Source: Mobula hypostoma
Taxonomy: Eukaryota
Assembly: GCF_963921235.1 (NCBI RefSeq)
Contig: NC_086101.1
Location: 7,442,001 to 7,506,000 of the forward strand
Reading direction: 5' to 3'
Length of the DNA stretch: 64,000 bases
Position numbers and translations under genes: made by a program. Positions 1-14,220 of the stretch are shown here, in pieces. The notes beneath the pieces were generated by a model, which searched no databases, was not told where the DNA came from, and saw only the letters and a program-made list of their open reading frames with translations. Within the stretch, counting starts at the first letter, position 1, and each line of letters opens with the position of its first letter.

Positions 1-1828
1 GAGATGCTGCATTTAATTCCCTCGTCTACGTCATTAATATATATTGTAAACAACTGGGGTCCCAGCACTGAGCCTTGCTGTACCCCACTAGTCACTGCCT
101 GCCATTCTGAAAAGGTCCCGTTTATTCCCACTCTTTGCTTCCTGTCCACCAACCAATTCTCTATCCACATCAATACCATACCCCCGATACTGTGTGCACA
201 CTAATCTCCTGTGTGGGACCTTTTCAAAAGCCTTTTGAAAATCCAAATATACCACATCCACTGGTTCTCCCCTATCCACACTACGAGTTACATCCTCAAA
301 AAATTCTATGAGATTCGTCAGACATGATTTTCCTTTCACAATTCCATGCTGACTTCGTCTGATGATTTCACCGCTTTCCAAATGTGCTGTTATCACATCT
401 TTGATAACTGACCCGAGCATTTTCCCCACCATCGATGTCAGGCTAACCAGTGTATAATTCCCCGGTTTCTCTCTCCCTCCTCTTTTAAAAAGCGGGGTTA
501 CATTAGCCACCCTCCAATCCTCAGGAACTAATCCAGAATCTAAAGAGTTTTGAAAAATTATCACTAATGCATCCACTATTTCTTGGGCTACTTCCTTAAG
601 CACTCTGGGATGTAGACCATCTGGCCTGGGGGATTTATCTGCCTTCAATCCCTTCAACTTACCTAACATCACTTCCCTACTAACATGTATTTCCCTCAGT
701 TCCTCCATCTCACTAGACCCTCTGTCCCCTACTATTTCCGGAAGATTATTTATGACTCCTTAGTGAAGACAGCACCAAAGTAGTTATTCAATTGATCTGC
801 CATGTCCTTGTTCTCCATGATCAATTCACCTGTTTCTGACTGTAAGGGACCTACATTTTTCTTAACCAATCTTTTTCTTTTCACATATCTATAACAGCTT
901 TTACAGTCAGTTTTAATGTTCCCTGCCAGCTTTCTCTCATAATCTTTTTTCCCTTTCCTAATTAAGCCCTTTGTCCTCCTCTGCTGGACTCTGAATTTCT
1001 CCCAATCCTCAGGAGTGCTGCTTTTGCTGGCTAATTTGTATGTTTCTTCTTTGGAATTGATACTATCCCTAATTTCCCTTGTCAGCCATGGGTGCACTAC
1101 CTTCCCTGGTTTATTCTTTTGCCAAACTGGGATGAACAATTGTTGCAGTTCATCCATGCGATCTTTAAATGCTCGCCATTGCATATCCACCGTCAACCCT
1201 TTAAGTATCATTTGCCAGTCTATGTTAGCTAATTCTCGTTTCATACCTTCAAAGTTACCCTTCTTTAAGTTCAGAACCTTTGTTACTGAATTAACTATGT
1301 CACTCTCCATCTTAATGAAGAATTCCACCATATTATGATCACTCTTACCCAAAGGGCCTCGCACGACAAGATTTCTAACTAACCCTTCCTCATTGCTCAA
1401 TACCTAGTCCAGAAAGCCCTGCTCTCTAGTTGGTTCCTCGACATGTTGGTTCAGAAAACTATCCCGCATATATTCCAAGAAATCCTCTTCCTCAGCACCC
1501 TTACCAATTTGTTTCACCCAATCTATATGTAGATTGAAGTCACCCATTATAACTGCTGTTCCTTTATTGCACGCATTTCTAATTTCCTGTTTAATGCCAT
1601 CCCCAACCTCACTACTACTGTTAGGTGGCCTGTACACCACTCCCACCAGCATTTTCTACCCCTTAGTGTTATGCAGCTCTACCCATATCGATTCCACATC
1701 CTCCCGGCTAATGTCCTTCCTTTCTATTGTGTTAATCTCCTCTCTAACCAGCAATGCCACCCCACCTCATTTTCTTTCATGTCTATCCCTCCTGAATATT
1801 GAATATCCCTGAATGTTGATCTCCCATT
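1..1828 (-). mobile_element. CR1-clade LINE, decayed ORF2 (APE endonuclease, linker, RT N-terminus); runs off the left edge
   Basis: Consecutive minus ORFs 1404-1652 (GVVYRPPN, MGDFN), 750-1400 (LGKSDHN, PWLT) and 88-708 (KSPRPDGLHPRVLKE, VPEDWRVANVTPLFK, YLDFQKAF), broken by stops and frameshifts. Confidence 0.93.
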
Positions 1829-2489
1829 GGCGACATAACATATCTCTTCAAACTCCTAAAGAGGTGGTGTACCTTCTTTGTGATCGCATCAATGTGTTGG
1901 GCCCGGGATAGATCCTCTGAGACATTGAAGGCCAGGTATACTGATGCTGCTGCACCACCAGACAAGAACCCGCCACCAGGCCACATAACAGGAGGGTGTG
2001 CCTGAAGGATTGGGAGTTGAGGTAGGTTTTAAGGAGAATCTTGGAAGAAGTTGGTAAGGGATGAAGGGAAGGTGGAGAGTTTTGGAGAGGAACAACACAT
2101 CAATGACAACTCTACAGGAACCTGGAGACATTGCTGCCAATGGCAAAGTGATTATCATCGGGAAACTGCAAGAAGCCAGAGCTCAAGGTAGTTGTGCCTT
2201 TGGAGAATTACCGGACAGAGGAGCAGTAATTAGAAATAAAATCTCCCATGTTGGTTGCATCTTTTATGCCTTTTTAAAATTCATAGTTGCTCGCAGCCAA
2301 GTATGTCACTGTTGTAACACAGGCTCCCCTCCAAGTCACACTAAATCTGTGTTTGGAAATGTACCACAGTTCCTTTATCAGTGCTCCCTATTCCTTTATT
2401 ATGGGATGTCATGGATCAGATCAAACATGGAAAATCAACTTCTTCCTGGTCACCACCAAATGTCTTTCCTCCATGTTACAGAGTCACAG

Positions 2490-3265
2490 AGAACTACAGC
2501 ACAGAAAGAGCCCCTTTGACCATCTAGTCCATACTGAACTGTTATTCTGCCTAGTCCCATCAACCTGAACCTGGACCATAGACCTTCATACCCCTCCCAT
2601 CCACTTACTTATCCACACTTCTCTGAAATGCTGTATTCGAACCTGCACCCAGCCTGGCACCTCACACGACACTCTCTCTCTACCCTGTGAGTGAAGAAGT
2701 TCTCCCTCAGGTTCTCCTTAAATATATCACCTTTCATACTTAACCTATACTCTCTGTCTCAACTGGAGATAAAATGCCTGTACTTACCCTATCTACGTCG
2801 TGCATGCTGGCTGCTGGCGTAGTGGCATCAGCGCAGGACTGCGGGGCGGAGGTTCCAAAGTTCAAACCCAGCCGGCTGCCCCTGGCACGCTTTCCATCCA
2901 TGCAGGGTTAAGAGCTGGTGATCCCTTTGAAAAAAAACTCACCCGGCAGAACGCAATGGCAAACCGCTGCTGTAACTCGCCCCGTATGCGAATTCCAACT
3001 ACGTCAGAACGGCGTGGGAGGAAGTGGTCTGCTACCCAGAAAAATTCCGGAAGCGACCTACATGTCACTCATAATTTTGCATCAAATCTCCTCTCATTCT
3101 CCTACCTTCCAGGGAATAAAGTTCTAACCTACTCAACCTTTCCCTACAACTCAGGTCCTCAAGTCCTGGCAACATCCCTGTAAATTTTCTCTGCACTGTT
3201 TTAATCTTATTGATATCTCTCCTGTAAGTCAGTGACCAGAACTGCACAAAATACTTCAAATTTGC
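2490..3265 (-). mobile_element. CR1 3' fragment split by a SINE insertion
   Basis: ORF 3065-3307 has VQFWS...TVQRKFTGMLPGL...LYSLEGRRMRGDL; CR1 3'UTR-like sequence lies at 2490-2800. Confidence 0.75.
2803..3062 (+). mobile_element. tRNA-derived SINE
   Basis: Pol III A-box TGGCGTAGTGG near 2815 and B-box GTTCAAACC near 2860; CpG-rich; a related copy lies in reverse at 29690-29830. Confidence 0.7.
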
Positions 3266-3399
3266 AGATGCTAAAAATCTGAAGTAAGTAGAAAATGCCT
3301 CACACACTCAGAAAAGTACTTTACTGTTTCTGGTTGAGGATCCCCATTCAGAGCTAACCAATTTTATTTTGTTTGCTTATGGAGCCATGAAGTCATAGA

Positions 3400-4225
3400 G
3401 TTAAACTGCTGCTCCATAGAGCGATTGTCCTTCCTGTGTTACTGTATAGAACTGAATCATGGACCACCTACAGCAGATACCTGAAAACCCTGGAACAATA
3501 CCACCAAAGATCCTTATGGAAGATGTTGAGGATCATCTGGAAGCAGAGAAGCACTAACACCAGCATTGTGGAGAAGGCCAACATGAACAGCATTTCCACC
3601 ATGATACTCCAACACCAACTCCAATGGATAGGTCATGTCACCTGGACATCTAACTCACGTCCGCTCCAAACAGATTTTTTTACTCCCAGTGGAACAAGGT
3701 CATTTAAAGTTAAATTGGATAGATATATGGACAGGAAAGGAATGGAGAGTTATGGGCTGAGTGCAGGTCAGTGGGATTAGGTGAGAGTAAGAGTTCAGCA
3801 TGGACTAGAAGGGCCGAGATGGTCTGTTTCCGTGCTGTTATTGTTATATGGTTATATGTAAAGGTCAGCGAGTCACTTGTGGGCAAAGAAACACTTCAAA
3901 GATAACGTCAGGATCAGCCTGAAGAAACTCAACATTACATCTAAAAACTGGGGAGACATTGCACTGTGTAGATACCCCTGGAGGAAATCTGTTCAAGAGG
4001 GAGCTGTGCTAAAGGAGAACGATCTCCATCATGCCACAGAGAACAAGTGGCAGCTGCTAAGGGAGAGACTGAACAACCAAAAGGCTGGAACACTAACCAC
4101 AGTCACCACTTACTCCTGCCCACACTGCACCAGAATATGTAGATCCCGGATCGGCCGCTGAGGCCACCTGAGGACCCACCGATAAGCAACCCCTTAGGAG
4201 AACATCATACGCGACTCGAGTGATC
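3400..4225 (+). mobile_element. RTE-clade LINE 3' fragment (post-RT region and C-terminal C2H2-like motif), interrupted by a CR1 3' end at about 3690-3858
   Basis: LLYRTESWTTY...QYHQRSL...QLQWIGHV (3436-3780), then KKHFKDNVRISLKKLNI...W...PWR and CPHCTRIC...HLRTH (about 3877-4180); these are RTE/BovB-type motifs. Confidence 0.8.
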
Positions 4226-4383
4226 ACACCTTTGCTAGAATCATACAGTGTGGAAACAGGGCCTTTGGCCCAACTCATCCATGCTAACCATTTGCCCACA
4301 TTTGTCCATATCCTTCTATCCAGGCATTTATCCAAAAACGTTTGGAACGCTGTTATTATAATTATACCCTGGGACATATTTAC

Positions 4384-4524
4384 CTTCCCTCAAGCCTTCA
4401 GCTTCCTGTTTTGACACAAGGTTCTTGGTTGCCAGAGTGGATTTAACTGCTGATAGCACACGGACGCCTTGGGGTGTTACCGCTTGCAGACTGTAGTGAA
4501 GCTTGAGTAATGCACATTCTTCAC
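4384..4524 (-). other. Candidate internal exon of an unidentified minus-strand host gene (141 nt, phase 1-1)
   Basis: Non-repeat sequence; acceptor ctccgtcactctctcccccag|GTG and donor GAAG|gtaaat; length is a multiple of 3 with one open frame (EECALLKLHYSLQAVTPQGVRVLSAVKSTLATKNLVSKQEAEGLRE). No homology recognised. Confidence 0.4.
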
Positions 4525-4794
4525 CTGGGGGAGAGAGTGACGGAGCTGGGGGAGGGGGAGACAGAACACATGACAGCGTCCTGTTGCAAACATGCATCAA
4601 CTGTTGTAAATTCCAACAGTTCCTCTATAAGAGAAGGAATTATAAAGGTAAAAATATTCTGCAAAAACATTCCAAAGGATTCTGCAGAGGTTGGAAATCT
4701 TGAGCGACACACCTAAAATGCTGGTGGAACTCAGCAGGTCAGGCAGCAAATATGAACGGCCAGACGAAGCTCTTCAGCCCAAACCTTCTGCTGT

Positions 4795-5222
4795 TAAGAC
4801 CATAAGAGCATAAGACATTACAGCAGAATTAGGCCATTCAGCCCATCAAGTCCACTCCGCCATTTCATCATGGCTAGTATCTGATCCCATTTAACCCCTC
4901 TGCCCTCTCATGATGTCCCAACCAATCAGGAATCTATCAATTTCCCACGGCCCACGGCCTTGGCCCCCACCACAGTCAGTGGCAGAACATTCCACAGATT
5001 CACCACTCTTTGGCTAAAACAATCCCTCCTTCCTTCTGTTCTGAAAGGTCGCCCCTCAATTTTGAGGCTGTGCCCTCTAGTTCTGGATACCCCCACCAGA
5101 GAAAACATCTTTTCCACATGCACCTTATCTAGTCCTTTCAACATTCAGTAGGTTTCAATGAGATCCCCCTGCATTCTTCAAAGTTCCAGTGAGAAAAGGC
5201 CCAAAGCTGCCAAACGCTCCTG
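4795..5222 (-). mobile_element. CR1 3' fragment
   Basis: ORF 4926-5144 contains SRTRGHSLKI...FSQRVVNLWN; TCTTATG-type tail near 4795-4815. Confidence 0.8.
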
Positions 5223-5372
5223 TTAATTTCTCTCCAAAGATGCTGCCTGACCTGCTGTTCCTCCAGCATTTTGTAAGTATTATGGCACATTTAAAAACAA
5301 TCATTTACTGCAGTAAACAGAAGGTCAGAGAACACTCCAACCTAACAGCAAACAGCCTGTCCGAGAAAAACC

Positions 5373-5521
5373 GTTCTCTCTCTCGCTCTCTCTCTGTCTG
5401 TTTCTGTCTCTCTGTCTCTCTGTCTGTTTCTCTGTCTGTCTGTCTCTCTGTCTCTCTCTGTCTCTCTCTGTCTCTCAGTCTCTCTGTCTCTCTCTATCTG
5501 GCTCTCTCTCTCTCTCTCTGT
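5373..5521. repeat. Imperfect (CT)n/(CTGT)n microsatellite
   Basis: Direct inspection. Confidence 0.9.
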
Positions 5522-5710
5522 GATTTAAGCCAACAATGGTTCTTTATAAATTAAAAATAATGCTTCCAGTGTTGGGTTTGAATTTCCACAGCCTGATTTT
5601 CTACCATGGAGACAGACAAGCTCCATCCTAACCAAGGTTGCATCACAGAGCAGTCGGTCACATATCACAGACCTTAATGAGGAGCAACCTTAAGACATCA
5701 TGATTGCTAA

Positions 5711-6495
5711 CACTGGACAACAATTTTTTTGGAAAGTGTTGCGTCCTCAGAATTTTTTTTGTTTATGATAGACCATTTGAATCAGAACACAAATATAATT
5801 TCAGACTGCTCGTATCACACAGGAATTTGGAGAAACAAGAAATTAACTTTTGTTGAATATAATTGCATAATGGTGCTTATACCTTGCAATAGTTCAATTT
5901 AGCTAAAAATGTTTTGTTGATGATTTTCATTTATACTTAGTGTCTGAGGCTTCTCACTAAGTGTCCAACAATAATCAGCCAGCACTGTTGGATTCCAGTT
6001 GCCCTGGTATCTTTTCTCCATGACCACAATGTCCTTGTGAAACCTTTCACCCTGCTCGTCACTGACAGCACCAAGATTTGCAGAGAAGAAGTTTAAATGG
6101 GAATGCAGAAGATGAATCTTCAGTGACATGTTGTACTTCATGCTTAAAGCACGTTGTCACCAGCTGCATGTAGTTTCGTTCTTTACAGTTGCTCAGAAAA
6201 TTTTCACCAACATCCTTGAATGCCTTCCATGCAATTTTCTCCAGTCCCAGTAGAAGTTCTTTGAATTGCCTGTCATTGATGATCTGTTTGATTTGTGGAG
6301 CAACAAAAATGCCTTCCTTAATCTTGTCATCAGTAATTCTGACTTGAATTACGAATTGAAATAACAAATAGAGGTGATTTGAAAAAAAAATCATGCATGA
6401 TAGGGGAATTTCATGGGGATTTTCATGATCAGCTGCCCAAAATCGATAAGGTACACCTAGAAATATTCAGGAAGCAAAATTTTTACTAGCCAATG
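5711..6495 (-). mobile_element. Internally deleted DNA transposon, CMC/Chapaev3-like transposase C-terminus
   Basis: KIKEGIFVAPQIK...AWKAFK and MSLKIHLLHSHLNFF...GAVSDEQGERFHKDI..MEKRYQGNW...LADYCWTL (ORFs 6059-6394, 5899-6141); degenerate terminal inverted repeats CACTGGACAACAA (5711) and ttttactagccaatg (ends 6495), flanked by TAA/CAA. Confidence 0.7.
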
Positions 6496-6944
6496 CAATC
6501 AAAGTTATATACATTATAACACCTCGTTCAGTAAAAAGAAGGAAAATATCCAAAATCAGCTGCCTAGGCTCAAAGTCAGGCACAAAGTTGTTCAGATAAT
6601 TAGAACTTAGAACAGTACAGCACAGGAACAGGTCTTCAGCCCACAACGTCTGTGCTGAACATGATGCCAAATTACATTAAATCTCTTCTCTCTGTACATG
6701 ACTCATTTCTCTCCATTCTCTGCACCTTCCTTCTTAAATGCCATGATTAGAAACCCATTGTAGGCACCCACCGCTCTCTGTATACAAAATTATGTAATCA
6801 GAGGTAAGTTTCTACATCAGAGGTAAGATTATTACACAGAGTGGTGGCTGTGTGGGACATACTGCCAGGGGTGTTGGTAGAGGCAGATACATTAGGGACA
6901 TTTAAGAGACTCTTGGATTGGCACATGGATGATAGAAAAAGGGA

Positions 6945-7655
6945 GGACCACGTGAAAAGAGTGGTAGACCTGAGGAGGGCTAAGGCACCGGTGACCCCTG
7001 TTTCCATCCGGGGGTCAGTGTGGACATGGTGGAGGATTACAAATACCTGGGGATATGAATTGACAATAAACTGGACTGGTCAAAGAACACTGAGGCTATC
7101 TACAAGAAGGGTCAGAGCCGTCTCTATTTCCTGAGGTGACTGAAGTCCTTTATCATCTGTCAGACAATGCTGAGGATGTTCTACGAGTCTGTGGTGGCCA
7201 GTGCTATCATGTTTGCTGTTGTGTGCTGGGGCAGCAGGCTGAGGGTAGCAGACGCCAACAGAATTAACAAACTCATTCGTAAGGCCAGTGATGTTGTGGG
7301 GATGGAACTGGACTCTCTCATGGTGGTGTCTGAAAAGAAGATGCTGTCCAAGTTGCATGCCATCTTGGACAATGTCTCCCATCCACTACATAATGTACTG
7401 GTTGTGCACAGGAGTACATTCAGCCAGAGACTCATTCCACCGAGATGCAGCACAGAGCGTCATAGGAAGTCATTCCTGCCTGTGGCCATCAAACTTTACA
7501 ACTCCTCCCTTGGAGGGTCAGACACCCTGAGCCAATAGGCTGGTCCTGGACTTATTTCATAATTTACTGGCATAATTTACATATTACTATTTAATTATGG
7601 TGCAACTGTAACGAAAACCAATTTCCCTCGGGATCAATAAAGTATGACTATGACT
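6945..7655 (+). mobile_element. Rex1/Babar-type LINE 3' fragment inserted into a CR1 3' end
   Basis: KKGQSRLYFL, FYESVVASAIMFAVVCWG...HPLH...SFLPVAIKLYN; AATAAA followed by a (TATGAC)n tail; near-identical copy at 61862-62193. Confidence 0.8.
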
Positions 7656-8129
7656 CTGATTGATCTTAGAGTAGGTTAAAATCAGCAGAACACTGCAGGC
7701 CGAAGGGCCTGAATATTCTATGTTCTACACCTCTACATGAGGGGTGTAGATAGAGGTAAATACAAGCAGGCCTTTTCCACTGAGCGACAGATACAAACTG
7801 CTGGAGAAACTCGGTTGGTTATACAGCATCTATGGAGAGGAATAAACAACAGACACTTCGAGCTGACACCTTTCATCAGGACTCCACTGCGTTTGAATGA
7901 GACGACAACTAGAGGTCCTAGGTTAAGGGTGAAAGGTAAAATATTTAAGGAACACCTCTTCATTCAGAGGGTGGAGCAAGTGTGGAACAAGCTGCCAGAG
8001 GAACTGTTGGATGCAGGTTTGATTTCAACATTTAAGAAACGTGTTTATAAATACATGGATGGGAGGGGTGTGAAGGGCTGTGGTCCAGGTGTTGGTTGAT
8101 GGTGCTGAACAGGATATATTAGGGACTTT

Positions 8130-9995
8130 TAAGACCATAAGACCATAAGATTTACGAGGAGAAGTAGGCCATTCAGCCCATCGAGTCTGCTCTACCATTC
8201 AATCATGGGCTGATCCACTTCATCCAGTCATCCCCACTCCCCTGTCTTCTCCCCATACCCTTTGATGCCCTGGCTAATCAAGAACCTATCAATCTCTGCC
8301 TTAAATACACCCAATGACTTGGCCTCCACAGCCACTCATGGCAACAAATTCCATAGATTTACCACCCTCTGACTAAAGTAAATTCTCCGCATCTCAGTTC
8401 TAAAAGGATGTCCTTCAATTTTGAAGTCATGCCCTTTTGTCCTAGAATCCCCTACCATGGGAAATAACTTCACCCTATCTAATCTGTTCAGGCCTTTTAA
8501 CATTTGGAATGTTTCTATGAGATCCCCCCTCATTCTCCTGAACTCCAGGGAATACAGCCCAAGAGCTGCCAGATGTTTCTCATACGGTAACCCTTTCATT
8601 CCTGGAATCATTCTCAAGAATCTTCTCTGAACCCTTTCCAATGTCACTATATCCTTTCCAAAATAAGGAGCCCAAAACTGCACACAATACTCCAAGTGTG
8701 GTCTCAGTAGTGCCTTATAGAGCCTCAAAATCACATCCCTGCTCTTATATTCTGTACCTCTAGAAATGACTGCCAACATTGCATTCACCTTCTTCACAAC
8801 CAACTCAACCTGCAGGTTAACCTTTACGGTATCTTGCACAAGGACTCCCAAGTCTCTTTGCATCTCTGCATTTTGAATTCTCTCCCCATCCAGATAATAG
8901 GCTGCCCGTTTATTTCTTCCACCAAAGTGCATGACCATACACTTTCCAACATTGTATTTCATTTCCCACTTCTTTGCCCATTCCTCTAAGCTATCTAAGT
9001 CTCTCTGCAGACTCTCTGTTTCCTCAACACTACCCATTCCTCCACCTATCTTTGTATCATCGGTAAATTTAGCCACAAATCCATTAATACCACAGTCCAA
9101 ATCATTGACATACATTGTAAAATGTAACGGTCCCAACACCGACCCCTGTGGAACTCCACTGGTAACCGGCAGGCAGCCAGAATAGGATCCCTTTATTCCC
9201 ACTCTCTGTTTTTTGCCAACCAGCCAATGCTCCACCTACGCTAGTAACTTCCCTGTAATTCCATGGGCTCTTATCTTGCTAAGCAGCCTCATGTGCGGCA
9301 CCTTGTCAAAGGCCTTCTGAGAATCCAAGTACACTACGTCTACTGCATCTCCTTTGTCTACCCTGCCTATAACTTCCTGAAAGAATTGCAATAGGTTTGT
9401 CAGGCAGGATTTTCCTTTCAGGAAACCAGGCTGGCTTTGGCCTATTTTGTCATGTGCCTCCATGTACGCCATAATCTCATCCTTAACAATCAATTCCAAC
9501 AACTTCCCAACCACTGATGTCAGGCTAACAGGTCTATAGTTTCCTTTCTGCTGCCTCCCACCCTTCTTAAATAGTGGAGTAATATTTGCAATTTTCCAGT
9601 CATCCGGTACAATGCCAGAATCTATCGATTCTTGAAAGATCATCCTTAATGCCTCCGAAATCTCTCCAGCTTCTTCCTTCAGTACCCGAGGGTGCATTCC
9701 ATCATGTCCAGGAGATTTATCCAACCTCAGAACATTAAGCTTCCTGAGCACCTTCTCTGTCGTAATTTTCACTGCACAAACCTCACTTCCCTGACACTCT
9801 TGAATGTCTGGTATACTGCAGACGTCTTCCACTGTGAAGACTGATGCAAAATACGCATTCAGTTCCTCTGCCATCTCTGCATCTTTCATTACAATATCTC
9901 CAGTATCGTTTAGTATCGGTCTAGTATCGGTCCTATATCTACCCTCAACTCTCTTTTACCCTTTATATACTTAAAAAAAACTTTTAGTATCTTTT
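8130..9995 (-). mobile_element. CR1 LINE, 5'-truncated, RT domain with one in-frame stop
   Basis: ORFs 9236-9889 and 8336-9235: SGVPQGSVLGP, KFTDDTK, RPHLEYCVQFW; (TCTTATGG)n tail. Same subfamily as 32631-37068. Confidence 0.95.
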
Positions 9996-10147
9996 AAGAA
10001 ACTCAGATAGATTCAAGATTGTTTAATGTAATTTCCAGTATGCAAGTGTAAAATAGACAAAATAATTGTTACTCTAGATCCAATAAAGCATAAAAATACA
10101 CAATAAGATAAGGAACACAATAGTGATAATAATAATAAACACAATAA

Positions 10148-11217
10148 CGGGAATAAACGGGACCATTTCAGAATGGCAGGCAGTGACTAGTGGGGTACCG
10201 CAAGGCTCAGTGCTGGGACCCCAGTTGTTTACAATATATATTAATGACTTGGATGAGGGAATTAAATGCAGCATCTCCAAGTTTGCGGAAGACACGAAGC
10301 TGGGTGGCAGTGTTAGCTGTGAGGAGGATGCTAAGAGGATGCAGGGTGACTTGGATAGGTTGGGTGAGTGGGAAAATTCATGGCAGATGCAATTTAATGT
10401 GGATAAATGTGAGGTTATCCACTTTGGTGGCAAGAACAGGAAAACAGATTATTATCTGAATGGTGGCTGATTAGGAAAAGGGGAGGTGAAACGAGACCTG
10501 GATGTCATTATAAACCAGTCATTGAAAGTGGGCATGCAGGTACAGCAGGCGGTGAAAAAGGCGAATGGTATGCTGGCATTTATAGCGAGAGGATTCGAGT
10601 ACAGGAGCAGGGAGGTACTTCTGCAGTTGTGCAAGGCCTTGGTGAGACCACACCTGGAGTATTGTGTGCAGTTTTGGTCCCCTAATCTGAGGAAAGACAT
10701 TCTTGCCATAGAGGGAGTACAAAGAAGGTTCAGCAGATTGATTCCTGGGATGGCAGGACTTTCATATGATGAAAGACTGGATCGACTAGGCTTATACTCG
10801 CTGGAATTTAGAAGATTGAGGGGGGTCTTATTGAAACGTATAAAATTCTAAAGGGATTGGACAGGCTAGATGCAGGAAGATTGTTCCCGATGTTGGGGAA
10901 GTCCAGAACGAGGGGTCACAGTTTGAGGATAAAGGGGAAGCCTTTTAGGACCGAGATGAGGAAAAACGTCTACACAGAGAGTGGTGAATCTGTAGAATTC
11001 TCTGCCACAGGAAACAGTTGAGGCCAGTTCATTGGCTATATTTAAGAGAGAGTTAGATATGGCCCTTGTGGCTAAAGGGATCAGGGGGTATGGAGGGAAG
11101 GCTGGTACAGGGTTCTGAGTTGGATGATCAGCCATGATCATACTGAATGGCAGCGCAGGCTTGAAGGGCCAAATGGCCTACTCCTGCACCTATTTTCTAT
11201 GTTTCTATGTTTCTATG
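10148..11217 (+). mobile_element. CR1 LINE 3' part
   Basis: SGVPQGSVLGPQLF, RPHLEYCVQFWSP; (TTTCTATG)n tail at about 11194-11217; its first 130 bp are the reverse complement of positions 1-130 (same subfamily). Confidence 0.93.
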
Positions 11218-11219
11218 TA

Positions 11220-12680
11220 ACTATAAATGCTTAAGACAGCCTATATACAGAGACTGGTTGTATGTCCGTAAAGTGACATCAGACACAGGACTGTCTGCAC
11301 ATAAGGTGACTGACAGGAAATGATAAAGTAATGGTGGTGGTGGTGCAGAAGGCTGGAGCCTTCCTGTTTGAGGAAAGAAAATGTTTTTGAGTCTGGTGGT
11401 CCTGGCATGGATGCTACGTAGCCTCCTCCCTGATGGGAGGTGGACAAACAGTCCATGAGCAGGGTGGGTGGGATTCCCTATGATGCTGATGGCCCTTCTC
11501 CGACACCTTTCTGGCCTCACTTGGAGAATTCTGAACAGTTTGGGGTCTCCTATCTTAGGAAGGATTTGCTGAAACTCGAGAGGGTTCAAAGGAGGTTTGA
11601 CTGTCTCGTCATATGAAGAGTGTTTGATGGCTCTGGGTCTGTATTCACTTGAATTCAGAAGAATAAGGGGTGAACATGAATGGTGAAAGGCCTTGAGAGC
11701 GTGGACGTGGAAAGGATATTTCCTATGGTGGGAGAGTGTAAGACCAGAGGTCACAGCCTCAGAATGGAGGGGCATCTGTTTAGAACAAAGATTAAGAGGA
11801 ATTTCTTTAGTCAGAGATCTGTGGAATTCATTGCCACAGGCAGCTGTAGAGGCCAAGGCTGTATGTATATTTAAGGCAGAGATTCATAGATACTTTATGC
11901 TTTATACTTTATTGTCGCCAAACAATTGATACTAGAACGTACAATCATCACAGTGATATTTGATTCCTCTCTTCGTGCTCCCTGGAGTACAAATCGATAG
12001 TAAGTATTAAAAATGTTAATTATAAATCATAAATGGAAAAGGGAAAGTAAGGTAGTGCAAAAAAACCGAGAGGCAGGTCCGGATATTTGGAGGGTACAGC
12101 CCAGATCTGTGTCAGGATCTGTTCAGCAGTCTTATCACAGTTGGAAAGAAGCTGTTCCCAAATCTGGCCGTATGAGTCTTCAAGCTCCTGAACCTTCTCC
12201 CGGAGGGAAGAGGGACAAAAAGTGTGTTGGCTGGGTGGGTTGTGTCCTTGATTATCCTGGCAGCACTGCTCCGACAGCGTGCGGTGTAAAGTGATTGTTG
12301 ATTGATCAGGGCATGAAGGGATATGGGGAGAAGGCAGGAGATTGGAGCCATAATGATATGGTGGAGCAGACTAAATGGGCCCCATGACCTAATTCTGCTC
12401 CTGAGTCCTATGGTCTTACGGTGTTATTTGTTCCTGATGTGGGCGGGTGCCTTTGATGCACCTTTGACTACCAACTTTATAGCCTTCCTGTCTGCCGCCG
12501 TGCAGGTTCCGTACCAAGCAGTCAGGCAGCTCGTCAGGATGCTCTCCACTGTGCATCTGTAGAATGACCTGAGTCTAGATGGGCATAGTTCAGCTTTCTT
12601 CAGTCTCCTCAGAAAGTAGAGGTGTTGATGAACTTTCCTAATTGTGTAGAATGTGTTGAGGGACCATGAGAGACACGTGG
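11220..12680. mobile_element. Nested cluster: Rex1-type 3' ends (minus; about 11220-11512, 11891-12290, 12430-12680) and a CR1 3' end (plus; about 11513-12420) split by the middle Rex1 copy
   Basis: HPAHGLF..LPSGRRLRS, HPANTLFVPLPSGRRFRS, HLYFLRRLKK...FYRCTVESILT; CR1 TRGHSLR motif; CR1 sequence resumes at about 12295. Confidence 0.8.
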
Positions 12681-12974
12681 ATGATAGACTAAATGGAGAC
12701 CTATGCAGGAGGGAAGGATTAGGTTGATGGTAGAGTAGGTTAAAAGGTTGGCACAACATTGTGGGCTGAATGGCCTGAACTGTGCTGTAATATTCTATAT
12801 TCTATGTCCCTCATATGACTGATCTGCCTCTCCCATCCTTCCTGGCAGGACGTTCCACGCACCCGCTACTTTCTGTGTAAGCCAATTGCCTCGGAACATC
12901 TTCCCCCCCACCCCCGCCCCATCCTTCAATCACGGTAAAGTTATGCCCCCTCGCGTTAGCCATTTCTGACCAGT

Positions 12975-14220
<1,246 letters not shown>

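Noticed and set aside
2803..2880. tRNA genes (also near 29750-29830 and 29951-30020)
   Set aside because: A and B boxes are present but run into SINE bodies and tails; I could not form a complete cloverleaf.
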